Positions 44,946 to 55,267 of a stretch of DNA of 64,000 nt are shown here, one piece after another. Every line of letters begins with the position of its first letter. Positions within the stretch are counted from its first letter, which is position 1. The notes below the pieces were generated by a model. That model ran no database searches. It was given only the letters and a program-made list of their open reading frames with translations, and was not told where the DNA came from. Position numbers and translations under genes: made by a program. Location of the stretch: positions 3,416-67,415 of IMG/VR virus record IMGVR_UViG_3300037225_000138. One strand, given 5' to 3'. This stretch comes from a virus.

Positions 44946-47255
44946 ATGCCTCTCTCAATAGCGAAATATGTCACAAGCGGATATCCATTCCCATTGGATG
45001 ACATAGACCCAAAAGAAAAGGATAAAGATTGGGGAAAGAAATGGTGTGAAGCTATATATGCCTCTTGGAAACAAGGGGGAACGGCCATACCCTATAATCG
45101 CATTGAAGAGTTTCAATTACTAAGAGACCTTGCCGCTGGCAGACAAGATGTTCTGCAATACCAGAAAATATTACTTGACGAGAGCGATGAGAAGGGAGCG
45201 CAGACCGGTTATATGAATATTAATTGGGATATTCCTTCGGTCATGCCTAAATTCTTGCGTGTCGTTGAGGGGATGATGGAACAGACCGATCATCAGGTGG
45301 TAGCCACGGCTGTTGATCCGACAAGCACTGATGACAAAGAGGCTGCAAAACTCGATATGCAGTATCGTATGAAATTTAAAGAAGCTCTCAATTACATTGA
45401 TAAAGCAATGGGTGTTGACAAGTCGGATGAATACATCCCTGAGTCAATGGAGGAGTTAAACTTATATGAGGGAGCCGGCGGCTTTAAGTTGGCAAGAGAA
45501 AGGGAGATAGAAGAGGTTCTTGATTATTCATTTTACATATCAGAATGGAAGGAAACGAAGAAAAAGATCATCCGTGATCTTTGTGTGATTAATTGTTGTG
45601 CAACAAAAGACTACACTGACAAATATACCCGTAAAGTAAAAGCGAGATATGTTGACCCTGCAAAATTCATAGGTCAGTATTCGAGATTCCAGAATCATAA
45701 GAATATGGAATTTGGAGGAGAATTAACTCAGATTCTCATATCTGATATCCGTAAACTCAATCCAGACGTTCCTGAATCCACATTAAGGGAGTTAGCAGAT
45801 AATTATAATGGGATACGTGGGAACATATCTCTCGACACGCTAACTTATAACGCAGACATCCGGAGTGCTAATTATGACAGTTTCCTTGTAGATGTCATGG
45901 ATGCAGAGTGGATGTCTATAAATAGTGAGTATAAGACCAAGCGCAAGACTCAATATGGCTTCGACATCATGTATGATGAGGATTGGGGAAAGGTAGTCAA
46001 CACTGAGAAGAAGAAAACCGAGAAATATGATATAAAAGTCGTTTATAAATGCAAGTGGATCATAGGTACTGATTATGTGTACGACTTTGGACTTCAGTTT
46101 GACGTTCCTCGCCCGGGCAAGAAAGAAGTGGAATTATCCTATCATCTTTATAAACTTCCTTACAGATCGCTTGTAAGCCTTTCGGAGACACATATTCATC
46201 AGATGGTACTTGCTTATTTCAAGTTACAGAATGCCATTGCGATGTCAGCACCTAAGGGACTTGCTATTGAGTTCACATCTTTGCAGAACATGGCTCTTGG
46301 CGCAAAGAAACTCCAACCTCTCGACCTCATAAAAATAAAAACTCAGACAGGAACATTACTTTATAAGTCCACAACGCATAAGGGAGTTCCTAATGTGCCC
46401 GGAGGATTTAAACCTATCCAGGAATTAGAGGGAGGTATCGGGAATCAGTTAGTAGAGTTCATAAAGGTATGGGAGTTCAATGCGGAAGACATACGTGAGA
46501 CCACAGGTATCAATCAGGCTGCCGATGCTTCAAGTCCTGATCCCAATGCACCGGTAGGAAGTAATAAGATGGCTATTGCAGCGACAAATAACGCTTTAAG
46601 ACCTATTTATAGCGCATATCTAAACATCAAAGAAAAGACTGCCAAGAATTTATCTCTCAGGATTCAGTTGTTAATAAAGCACGACAAAGAAGCCTATGAA
46701 GGTTATATGCCGGTGTTAGGATCAATGGGTGTGCAGATAGTAAGTGCAGGTGCAGACACCGTGGATGCAGATTATTACATCAAATATGAAGCAAAGCCAA
46801 CGGATGAGAGGCGCGATGTGATTATGAAAGCGGCGATGCAGGCTATGACCCCGGATAAGGATGGTTCTACGAGTATTGGACTTCCTGACTTCTTAATGAT
46901 AGAAAGGCTCTTGGAATCGGGTAATCTTAAATATGCGGAAGTTTATCTGAACTATAAGAGCAAGAAAAACAAGGATAAACAACTTCAACTTCAGAGGGAG
47001 AACATGCAACTTGACAGTCAACGTGAGCAAGAGGCTATTAAGATAAAAGAACAACTTTCTCAGGCAACGGAGAAGATCAAGACTGATGAGGCAATAAGGC
47101 TTTATCAGGCAAAGAAAGCCATTGACGAACAGTATGCTCAGGCAGATCGCGAACATGAGAAAGAGATGATCCAATTGAAGGGAAGCATGGGATTAGTTCA
47201 GACCGTTGGTAAAATTCATGCACAGACGGCAGCCGAACAAGGAGCACAGCAATAA
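44946..47255 (+). CDS. Portal protein
   Basis: 769 aa after terL; NINWDIP.VMPKF..VV, IRETTGINQA.D.S.PD and a C-terminal coiled coil. Confidence 0.85.
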   Translation: MPLSIAKYVTSGYPFPLDDIDPKEKDKDWGKKWCEAIYASWKQGGTAIPYNRIEEFQLLRDLAAGRQDVLQYQKILLDESDEKGAQTGYMNINWDIPSVMPKFLRVVEGMMEQTDHQVVATAVDPTSTDDKEAAKLDMQYRMKFKEALNYIDKAMGVDKSDEYIPESMEELNLYEGAGGFKLAREREIEEVLDYSFYISEWKETKKKIIRDLCVINCCATKDYTDKYTRKVKARYVDPAKFIGQYSRFQNHKNMEFGGELTQILISDIRKLNPDVPESTLRELADNYNGIRGNISLDTLTYNADIRSANYDSFLVDVMDAEWMSINSEYKTKRKTQYGFDIMYDEDWGKVVNTEKKKTEKYDIKVVYKCKWIIGTDYVYDFGLQFDVPRPGKKEVELSYHLYKLPYRSLVSLSETHIHQMVLAYFKLQNAIAMSAPKGLAIEFTSLQNMALGAKKLQPLDLIKIKTQTGTLLYKSTTHKGVPNVPGGFKPIQELEGGIGNQLVEFIKVWEFNAEDIRETTGINQAADASSPDPNAPVGSNKMAIAATNNALRPIYSAYLNIKEKTAKNLSLRIQLLIKHDKEAYEGYMPVLGSMGVQIVSAGADTVDADYYIKYEAKPTDERRDVIMKAAMQAMTPDKDGSTSIGLPDFLMIERLLESGNLKYAEVYLNYKSKKNKDKQLQLQRENMQLDSQREQEAIKIKEQLSQATEKIKTDEAIRLYQAKKAIDEQYAQADREHEKEMIQLKGSMGLVQTVGKIHAQTAAEQGAQQ

Positions 47256-47292
47256 AAAAATCATATATTTGTAAAACTTAATTTTAAAAGTT

Positions 47293-48483
47293 ATGGCAAA
47301 ACAAGACGGCAGAGATGATGAGATTGACGCATTACTTGAGGGCAATGATGTTGACCCAGAAAAAGTAGCAGCACAGATCAAAACAAAAAGAGGAGGCGGC
47401 ACTCCTGAACCGGAGAAACCGGAAGATAAAAAACCGGATAAGTCAGAAGAAAAGAAACCGGATGAGAAAAAGCCGGATGAACATAAAGAAGTACCAGATC
47501 CAGAGATTATCAAGGCTGCCATGCTGAACGAGATGTTCGGAGAGCAGTTCAAGACTGTCGAGGATTTTAAAAAAGCAAATATACCCGATCAGCTTCAGGA
47601 ATTGGCGACTCTGAGACGGAAGAACCAAGAGCTTGAGACTCAAGTTAAGGCAAAGCCGAAACATGCATTCGCGAATGATGACATTGCTAAATTTAACGAG
47701 TTTGTACGCGAGACGGGGATAAAAGATGCGGGAATCTTCAATAAATTAAGTGCTTCGGATGTGGCAAACATGAAACCCATGGATGCTTTAGTCCTTCAGC
47801 GTATTATTGATGATCCTACATTGGCTGGGAAGGAACCACAGGTACAACGCAGTCTCGAGAGGAGATTCAATGTGGACCCTAAGAAAGTAGAGGCAGGAGA
47901 ACTCACTCAGGAGGAATTTGATGACAACCTATTGGAAGTAAACTCGGAAGGGAATAAGGCCAAGGCGAAACTTCAGGACCTCAAGGGGAAGATCAAAATG
48001 CCAGAGATTCCAGCAGATTTACCACCTGACGGAAAAATAAAATGGACGCCTGAGATTGAAAAGGCTCAAAAGGACGGATGGACAAAAACTACTGAAGCTA
48101 TGGTAAAGGAGTTTTCAACGATTCCAATACCAATTAAAGGGAGTAAGGAACCTATCGTCACCTTTGTTTTACCAGAGGAGACGAGAAAGTTAATTATGGA
48201 CAAATATTCTAATCTTGCAGTTAGCAACCAAATGGAAGTTAATGATGCAGCAAATGTTAAGAATGTTGCCATACAAATGTACTCTGAAGCGATACTTTCT
48301 AATCTTGAGGAGATCACACACGCCATATTTGATCGTGCGAGGTCTATGAAGGAGGAGGAATATCTTGAGAAATACAGTCATCCATCGTCTAAGAACACCG
48401 ACAAGCCCGACATGAGAGAAGGGCCGTTATCGGATGAGGAAAAAGCCGACAAAGCATTTCAGGCAGAACTAAACGGTAGGTAA
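47293..48483 (+). CDS. Scaffolding-type protein
   Basis: Acidic, KP-rich helical protein between the portal and capsid genes. Confidence 0.65.
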   Translation: MAKQDGRDDEIDALLEGNDVDPEKVAAQIKTKRGGGTPEPEKPEDKKPDKSEEKKPDEKKPDEHKEVPDPEIIKAAMLNEMFGEQFKTVEDFKKANIPDQLQELATLRRKNQELETQVKAKPKHAFANDDIAKFNEFVRETGIKDAGIFNKLSASDVANMKPMDALVLQRIIDDPTLAGKEPQVQRSLERRFNVDPKKVEAGELTQEEFDDNLLEVNSEGNKAKAKLQDLKGKIKMPEIPADLPPDGKIKWTPEIEKAQKDGWTKTTEAMVKEFSTIPIPIKGSKEPIVTFVLPEETRKLIMDKYSNLAVSNQMEVNDAANVKNVAIQMYSEAILSNLEEITHAIFDRARSMKEEEYLEKYSHPSSKNTDKPDMREGPLSDEEKADKAFQAELNGR

Positions 48484-48548
48484 TTATTTTTTTGTAAGAC
48501 AGTAATCACAAGAGGCATTATTAATATTAACTTCTAAAAATTAATACA

Positions 48549-49922
48549 ATGGGACCAGAAGCAATTGCTCAAATATATGCCTCTGATATAGTTTCGGGCT
48601 TCGATATTCACAAGCCTCAGAAAATGAACGTACTCTTTAGCAGGTACGGAGATCAGGGCGCCTCTTACTTCCAGTTACTCAGATCCATGGGATTTGAAGA
48701 GCCGGTAGCCTTAGACACTTATGGACATTATGAAGAAAATCATATCCATACTACTATTCATGCTTTAAATGCTGTTGCAGCATCAGCAGCAGGAGCAGTA
48801 TCTCTCATCACACTCGACCCGCAGGACCTTGATGCGAACAACAACTTCTATGTACGCAAAGGAGATGTTCTTATGTTCCCCAATGAGGTCATGGGTTATG
48901 TCTATGATATTGTTAAGACCGTGCCAACAGCACCCGTGTTGTGGGTATATCCGGTCAACCAGGCAGATAACATTCCCGCTATAACCGCAGGGCAGACGAT
49001 CATCATTAGGACTGGCGCCTTCTCAGAAGGATCAGGACAGCCCGATCCGGCTCTCTCTGGCACATGGGAATATGAAAACGATGCTCAGATCATCAAGGAG
49101 ACTATCGGTTACACTGGTACAGAGATGACCAGTCAGGATTGGTTTGATGTCACAAGCAAAGGGCAGTCAATACCTGCATATTATTTCAAAGGGCAGATTG
49201 ATATTGACTACCGTATGGCACTCAAGATTGATGGTGCACTTCTTTGGGGAAGACGTGGTGATGGTTCGATAACCGATCCTGTCACCGGAAGGCCAATCAA
49301 ATTCACCGAGGGTGCAATTCCTTACATCAGGAGAGTGGGGAACGAGCAGACTTATATTGATGGTGCATTTGATGTCGGAGCATTCGACACTATGGATAAT
49401 ACTCTTGACCGTAACTTTGCAGGAGAATATACTCTTGGCCTGTTAGGTATCAGTTTACATCAGCAGATGGAAAATGCGCTGAAGGTTTACTTTGCAAATA
49501 CAAACATTCAGTTTGCAAAAGAAGCAGTCAATGATGTTCTTTTCCATAAGGACGGAAGCCTTGCAGCCTCAGTGAACTTTCTTTATCTGCAGAAGTCAGA
49601 GAGGACATTTCTATTCAAAAGAATGGGTGCATTCAACAATCCTCAGATTGAAGGTGCTACTGGCTACAGTGCTGGTAAACTTGGCATCTTTATGCCTATC
49701 AACAAGAAAAAAGACCCAGTATCAGGCAATATGGTTGATTCCATAGGAACCCGTTACCGTGCTCTTGGCAAATACTCCCGCAGGATGGAAGTATGGAAAG
49801 TTGGTGGTGCAGGAGAAGGATTAAAAGTCACCGAATTTGATAAGGTGAATACATACCAGAGATGCCACATTGGAGGTCATTTCCGTGGAGGCAATCAGAT
49901 GGTAATTATGGAGACAACTTAG
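48549..49922 (+). CDS. Major capsid protein
   Basis: 457 aa with an inserted beta domain and NDAQIIKE, LLWG and TEG.IP motifs; position after portal/scaffold; followed by a hairpin. Confidence 0.85.
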   Translation: MGPEAIAQIYASDIVSGFDIHKPQKMNVLFSRYGDQGASYFQLLRSMGFEEPVALDTYGHYEENHIHTTIHALNAVAASAAGAVSLITLDPQDLDANNNFYVRKGDVLMFPNEVMGYVYDIVKTVPTAPVLWVYPVNQADNIPAITAGQTIIIRTGAFSEGSGQPDPALSGTWEYENDAQIIKETIGYTGTEMTSQDWFDVTSKGQSIPAYYFKGQIDIDYRMALKIDGALLWGRRGDGSITDPVTGRPIKFTEGAIPYIRRVGNEQTYIDGAFDVGAFDTMDNTLDRNFAGEYTLGLLGISLHQQMENALKVYFANTNIQFAKEAVNDVLFHKDGSLAASVNFLYLQKSERTFLFKRMGAFNNPQIEGATGYSAGKLGIFMPINKKKDPVSGNMVDSIGTRYRALGKYSRRMEVWKVGGAGEGLKVTEFDKVNTYQRCHIGGHFRGGNQMVIMETT

Positions 49923-49935
49923 TAACCACAGGATA

Positions 49936-49970
49936 AGGATGCCTCGAAATGGGGCATCCTATTTCCTTTA
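49936..49970 (+). terminator. Hairpin/leaky terminator after the MCP gene
   Basis: AGGATGCCTC-gaaat-GGGGCATCCT with a weak T tail. Confidence 0.65.
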
Positions 49971-49985
49971 AAAACCAAATAAGCT

Positions 49986-50903
49986 ATGTTATACAAGAAT
50001 GACGAACCGTACAAATTGGCAGCAACAGAGATCAAGGCATTGGAGGACTATTTTCATAATAAATTTCCCGTGAAAGTTGTTTATCCGGCAGATCGTGTAG
50101 TAAAAAGCAGGTCGCCACATAATCGGCTACCGGACAAGCCTGCATCCATAACCTTTCCATTGAGATCAACAGTCAAGAATGATAAGGGCTCGGAGTTGTG
50201 GAGATATGCAGAGAATATCATTATTGACAATGTAGGGAGGAAGACATACGTTCCTACAGACTTCATGTTTGAAGGAGAAAGATTTATTGATCGTGCGGAC
50301 ATTGAGCTCATCTATTTCCTTTTAAAAAAATCAGAATACCGATTTAAGAGCGAGGAAGATTTACAAGATAAAGGTGAGAAACAGTCACCCAGACCCAAGT
50401 TCATGTTTCAGGATCTTGTTTCTGATGCAGAGAAAAGAGTGGAGAAGAAAAAGATACAGCAGAAGGTGGACGCTCTCATCTTTGGTGATATGGCATTTCC
50501 TGAAGATAAACTAAGAGAGGTTCTTGGAGCATACTTTGTTCCTAATGTCAATGAATTAGCATTCTCCCAGGTACGCATGGCTTTGAATGATAAGGTATGG
50601 TCAACGAAAGACGGCCCAACCAAATTCTTTAATATGGTCAATGCGGATGATGAACTGGAAGCGAGGACATCAATTCAGAAAGTCATAGACATGAAATTGC
50701 TTGAATGTAGTGGGCCGGGCAAGACATGGTACTGGAAAGCAGTAGGGGGGAAAGATCAGAAGGTATTCACAGTACCGCCAAATAAGGACAATGCCACAGA
50801 AGCATTATATGAATACTACAAGGGCAACGAGGAGTTCAGGGAGGACGTGAAGGCTGTTCTTATAAGTAAGAAAACACCTGTAAAAGAGAAGGTGACAAAT
50901 TAG
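49986..50903 (+). CDS. Conserved post-capsid protein of crAss-like structural modules
   Basis: 305 aa directly after the MCP gene; called mainly from position. Confidence 0.55.
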   Translation: MLYKNDEPYKLAATEIKALEDYFHNKFPVKVVYPADRVVKSRSPHNRLPDKPASITFPLRSTVKNDKGSELWRYAENIIIDNVGRKTYVPTDFMFEGERFIDRADIELIYFLLKKSEYRFKSEEDLQDKGEKQSPRPKFMFQDLVSDAEKRVEKKKIQQKVDALIFGDMAFPEDKLREVLGAYFVPNVNELAFSQVRMALNDKVWSTKDGPTKFFNMVNADDELEARTSIQKVIDMKLLECSGPGKTWYWKAVGGKDQKVFTVPPNKDNATEALYEYYKGNEEFREDVKAVLISKKTPVKEKVTN

Positions 50904-50931
50904 TTCCCCCCTCTTCTAATCTTAATATCTG

Positions 50932-50972
50932 ATAAGGGTAAGTTAAATAAAAATAGCTTGCCCTTATTTTTT
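50932..50972 (+). terminator. Rho-independent terminator
   Basis: ATAAGGGTAAGTTA...TAGCTTGCCCTTAT followed by TTTTT. Confidence 0.75.
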
Positions 50973-51038
50973 ATCAAATAATTAGATTAACTTTGATGTG
51001 ATTTTCTGTCAGTTCGTTAATTCTTAAAACGCAATATC

Positions 51039-51350
51039 ATGGCAACGCCCCGTCAGTTTAAGCAAAAAGTAGATTTTAATGGTGATCCTGTACCTATAAT
51101 CCCATTAAATGATCCACAATCTGTTACCGGGACACTCGTTTCTGCGCAGAGTGTGGCAATCAATGGAACAGCAGTAAGGATAGTGGCATCAACTGGTCCC
51201 CTCTATTTCTTAATAGGCGCAAATCCCGTGGCAAGTGCAGTAACAGGGCATTATTTGGCAGATCAACAGGAAATTTATCAAAACTGTAATGTCGGCGATA
51301 TTGTGGCCATCTTTGGTGGCATAGCCCAAATATCAACTTGTGGGGTGTAA
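51039..51350 (+). CDS. Small beta-rich structural protein
   Basis: AVRIVAST......IGANPVAS pattern; sits ahead of the fibre gene. Confidence 0.55.
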   Translation: MATPRQFKQKVDFNGDPVPIIPLNDPQSVTGTLVSAQSVAINGTAVRIVASTGPLYFLIGANPVASAVTGHYLADQQEIYQNCNVGDIVAIFGGIAQISTCGV

Positions 51351-51371
51351 TAATTCTTATTTTAAGAATCC

Positions 51372-53333
51372 ATGGCCATCAATAAACTGAATATTATTAA
51401 TCGGTTAAATAAACTTTCCACTATTGGAGGAGGGATTTCTCCTCAATCGTACTGGACGAATATGATTTCGGCAACGGTTGAAAATGCAGCCCCGACTCAT
51501 GTAGTATTAACTTTTGCAAGTCCAAAGAATTTGGTTGCAAGTGATATAACTATTGCAGGATTTACAGTTAATTCTGCATCATGGGCGGGGTCAGTGATGA
51601 CTTTGGTTCTTTCGACTTCTGTTATTTACGGGGATTCGGTTGTAGCAACATTCGTAAAGACAGGACAAACGAAAACAGTAACAAATAATGTTGCGGTTAT
51701 TGCAGAATATCTTGCTGTTAAAACTGCAATGGGAACTCAACCATCAACTGCTGATGCAGTGATTCAAAATAAGTTATTAAAATATTTAGTGGATAATGGG
51801 TATTATGCGAAGGCAGAGTTTATTGATATTTTTGCAACTCATACAGGAGGACAAAACGTAAACTGGCGTAATCCCGGTACGCATGACCCAGCACCTGTTA
51901 ATGCGCCACCATTTGCAGCCTACGAGGGATATACAGGAGTCCCTGTGGGTAGTAAATATGTCAGGTCTCATTTTAATATGTCTACTGATGCAACGGTTAT
52001 TGGAAAAGATAATGTATGTGTAATATTAGGATTCGGACTTGACGTTATATCAGCAAGTTATGATTTTGGGAGTCAAGGGGCTTCGTTTTTCTTGGTGCAG
52101 ATAAAATCAGGGGTGACTAATGTTTTCTGTAATGATATGACAGCACAGTCAATAGCCATTACAAGTGGGAAAACACACTTTGCAATGAGCAGGGGGGCAT
52201 CTGGAAGTTATTATAAGGGGAATAATTTATTTATTGATAGTTCTCCTATTAATTCAACAGTTATTTCAGATCAGGAATTATTTATATGTGCAAGGAATAT
52301 AAGTGGTTCACCAAGTGTTTCAAATAATCAATGTCGTTATGCGATGTTGTTTTCTTATCTTAATGACTATGAAATAAGAGACGTTATAGGAGCAATGGAG
52401 GAATATTTGGCAAACTATTCGACACAGTTAATGGCCTATACTATTGCCTATCCTGTTAATAGCACAAAACAAGCACTCTCAATACCCACGTCTGTGGTTG
52501 GGAATGATGAATGTTTACATCCTTCTGTTGTTAATATTGGTGCTAAATGGAATGGTTATCAGTATTGGATGGTTTGTACTCCATATCCATTTGGTGATAG
52601 ATCGTATGAAGACCCTGAGATATTTGTGTCGGATGATGGGATTAATTGGATCGTCCCTGTCGGAGGGTCAAACCCAATTCTCCCCCATATAGATTCCAGC
52701 CCATCGGAGTATTCTGACCCCGATTTATATTATGAAGCAGGCACTCTTTATTTGACATATAGAAGCACGGAAATTGCCGGGCGTAGTCAAATACGCATGA
52801 TTAAATCAACTGACGGCATAACATGGAATGTGGGGAATCCTGCAATAATATATGATTCAAGTGTTTCTGGATATATAATGGGGGCAGGGACTTTGGTTAA
52901 AGTAGGTGCAACATACTATTATTATGCAGAATCTAATAATCCTGCATTTGCTCCGAGTACGCTTGGGAGGATTTCGTGTGCTACGATAGATGGTACTTAT
53001 TCAAATGAACAGGCACTTAGTGTTACTTATACCGCTGTTGCCGTACACGAGGGATTAAAAATTATAGGTGGTAAATATTATTTAGTAACGGCTGAATCAT
53101 TGGCGAATAATTTACAAATAGCAATGCGAGTAAGTAATGATGGTGTAACCTTTACAAATGATGGAGTTAACTTGCCATTAGTATATAATACAAAAGTAGC
53201 AGAGATCGTACCTAAATTTTACAAAAAACCACATTTATGTTATGTTGGAAGCCGACTGATGTGTTATCATTCCATTGAAAATACAGGGGGTGCTGGCACA
53301 TATATACAAGTTGAAGAAATAAAATTAGTATAA
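51372..53333 (+). CDS. Tail fibre/spike with a C-terminal glycoside-hydrolase-like beta-propeller
   Basis: N-terminal Ig/SwmB-like domain; HPSVV..WNGYQYWM..TPYP...EDPEIFVSDDGINW, SDPDL and STDGITW (Asp-box) motifs. Confidence 0.7.
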   Translation: MAINKLNIINRLNKLSTIGGGISPQSYWTNMISATVENAAPTHVVLTFASPKNLVASDITIAGFTVNSASWAGSVMTLVLSTSVIYGDSVVATFVKTGQTKTVTNNVAVIAEYLAVKTAMGTQPSTADAVIQNKLLKYLVDNGYYAKAEFIDIFATHTGGQNVNWRNPGTHDPAPVNAPPFAAYEGYTGVPVGSKYVRSHFNMSTDATVIGKDNVCVILGFGLDVISASYDFGSQGASFFLVQIKSGVTNVFCNDMTAQSIAITSGKTHFAMSRGASGSYYKGNNLFIDSSPINSTVISDQELFICARNISGSPSVSNNQCRYAMLFSYLNDYEIRDVIGAMEEYLANYSTQLMAYTIAYPVNSTKQALSIPTSVVGNDECLHPSVVNIGAKWNGYQYWMVCTPYPFGDRSYEDPEIFVSDDGINWIVPVGGSNPILPHIDSSPSEYSDPDLYYEAGTLYLTYRSTEIAGRSQIRMIKSTDGITWNVGNPAIIYDSSVSGYIMGAGTLVKVGATYYYYAESNNPAFAPSTLGRISCATIDGTYSNEQALSVTYTAVAVHEGLKIIGGKYYLVTAESLANNLQIAMRVSNDGVTFTNDGVNLPLVYNTKVAEIVPKFYKKPHLCYVGSRLMCYHSIENTGGAGTYIQVEEIKLV

Positions 53334-53436
53334 TGTAAATAGTTGTATCCGGTTCTCGACGACACTTATAATGAATGATTAAAATGTGTTCGTCGGTAGT
53401 AACCTCCAATAAATGACTGATTAATATAACAAGAAC

Positions 53437-53937
53437 ATGAGTGATAAGGAAGTTTTCGAGGCCATCAATAAAATAGTCGGGACTCATGTCTCAAGCCTAA
53501 CGCTTCTATTAACACAAGAGACGCAGGATATTCGTCATTCAGTTGATCAACTGACAGAAAGGGTTAAACGGCAAAACGGGTCGGTAAGGGATTTGAATGA
53601 ATGGAAGTCAAAATGCGAAGGTGAGAAAGAAGCAAATAAGGACATTAAAAAAACAGCATTGGAGATCAGATCAGAAAAACGTGCAGCTACTCAAAAGACA
53701 CTTCAGATGATTGCAACGGTAATAATGGCAATAGGTCTTTGTATCACGGCTTATTCTAGTTTTTTTGGGAGCAAACAGAGCAAAGCAAACAGTGTAGAGA
53801 TTCAGTTAACGAATAAGAAAGTTGATGAACTTGGTACTCCGGTAGTAACGAATCCGAGAGGCGAATCGGTGAATTTGCCAAAAGGGTATGCTATTAAAAT
53901 GTTCCCAAAAGACTTTTTAAATGATACGATAATATGA
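53437..53937 (+). CDS. Coiled-coil membrane protein (lysis-associated/holin-like)
   Basis: RQNGSV.DL..W coiled coil plus one TM segment; overlaps the lysozyme gene. Confidence 0.55.
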   Translation: MSDKEVFEAINKIVGTHVSSLTLLLTQETQDIRHSVDQLTERVKRQNGSVRDLNEWKSKCEGEKEANKDIKKTALEIRSEKRAATQKTLQMIATVIMAIGLCITAYSSFFGSKQSKANSVEIQLTNKKVDELGTPVVTNPRGESVNLPKGYAIKMFPKDFLNDTII

Positions 53938-54338
53938 AAGATATTCAATCACTTTTAATAAAACATGAGGCTCTTAAACTTTTCGTCTATAAAGACACGA
54001 AAGGTATAGATACTATCGGTGTAGGCAGGAATCTTGTAAATCGAGGTATTTCAACAGATGAAGCAATGATAATGTTAGACAATGATATCCAGTATTTCAC
54101 AAATCAGTTAAAAACTGTGATCCCTTGGTTTGATTCAAAACCGGATAAAGTTAAAACAGTATTAATTGATATGGCTTTTAACCTTGGCATTACAGGTCTT
54201 TTAAACTTCAAAAACACGCTTCATTTTATTGAGATTGGAGATTACAAAAGTGCTGCGGTGGCAATGTTAGAAAGCCAGTGGGCAAAACAAGTCGGAACAA
54301 GGGCAACAGAAGATGCGGATATTTTAAAATCAATATGA
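53934..54338 (+). CDS. Endolysin, GH24 phage lysozyme
   Basis: HEALKL.VYKDTKG..TIGVGRNL, DMAFNLG and S.WAKQVG.RA motifs. Confidence 0.92.
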   Translation: MKDIQSLLIKHEALKLFVYKDTKGIDTIGVGRNLVNRGISTDEAMIMLDNDIQYFTNQLKTVIPWFDSKPDKVKTVLIDMAFNLGITGLLNFKNTLHFIEIGDYKSAAVAMLESQWAKQVGTRATEDADILKSI

Positions 54339-54339
54339 T

Positions 54340-55065
54340 ATGGGAAAAATACTTTGCTTTGGGAAAAATCCGAAGAAAACGAAAGTCAAGACAATTCAAC
54401 TGGCTAAATATATGGCATCACTGCCCACTCCGGATCCTGCATTTGAGAATCTTAAAAAGGTTTATATAAGGGCAGGCACTACTGATGCGAGTACATTATT
54501 TCCTATGGACGGTAATGACCGGAAAGGTGACTGTACGGTTGCAGGCATAGCTCATGCAATAACAGTATTTCAGGCAATAAGTAATCCTGGGGGGATAGTC
54601 ATACCTACATCGAAGTCTGTAATCTCTCTTTACAACAGACTCACCTGTTATCGTGACCGTGGATATAATGAACTTGACCTCCTGACTAAATGGAGAAAAC
54701 ATAAATATCTTGGCGAGGAGATTGTTGTTTTTGGTGAACTCGATCCAAAGAACCATACTCATATCATGCAGGCAATTCAATTCTATGGAGGCGTTTACAT
54801 GGGATTCCAGGTTCAGGCAAATGCTATTGACGATTTTAATAATCATCACGTCATCTGGACTCCAGGAAAACTTCTTGATGAAGGTCATGCGATGTTTACA
54901 ACCGGTTATGATCAGGCAAATGTAAATAACATTACATGGGCTGCAGAACAGAAAGGTACCTGGGACTGGGTTGATCAGACATGGGATGAGGCTTATGCGA
55001 TTGTTCCTCCTGAACTGATGACTGAAGAATTAATTGAAGAACTTACTTATATAACTAAAAATTAA
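54340..55065 (+). CDS. Papain-like cysteine peptidase (phage lysis-cassette type)
   Basis: GND..GDCTVAG..H, EGHAM...GYD and ITW motifs. Confidence 0.7.
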   Translation: MGKILCFGKNPKKTKVKTIQLAKYMASLPTPDPAFENLKKVYIRAGTTDASTLFPMDGNDRKGDCTVAGIAHAITVFQAISNPGGIVIPTSKSVISLYNRLTCYRDRGYNELDLLTKWRKHKYLGEEIVVFGELDPKNHTHIMQAIQFYGGVYMGFQVQANAIDDFNNHHVIWTPGKLLDEGHAMFTTGYDQANVNNITWAAEQKGTWDWVDQTWDEAYAIVPPELMTEELIEELTYITKN

Positions 55066-55069
55066 AATT

Positions 55070-55261
55070 ATGAAAAGTTGGAAGACAACTCTGTTTGGAT
55101 GTTTGGCAGCCGTCATGGTTGCTATTGCTCCTATTCTCCAAACTGGTAAACCAGATTGGAAGGCTCTTATTATAGCTGGCTTGCTGGCTGCATTCTCATT
55201 CGTTGCTAAAGATAGCAATGTAACCGGCGGAACTGTATCAAACAAAGAAACCATTAAATAA
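55070..55261 (+). CDS. Holin
   Basis: MKSWKTT..G, two TM helices and a C-terminal AKD. Confidence 0.75.
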   Translation: MKSWKTTLFGCLAAVMVAIAPILQTGKPDWKALIIAGLLAAFSFVAKDSNVTGGTVSNKETIK

Positions 55262-55267
55262 ATAGTT

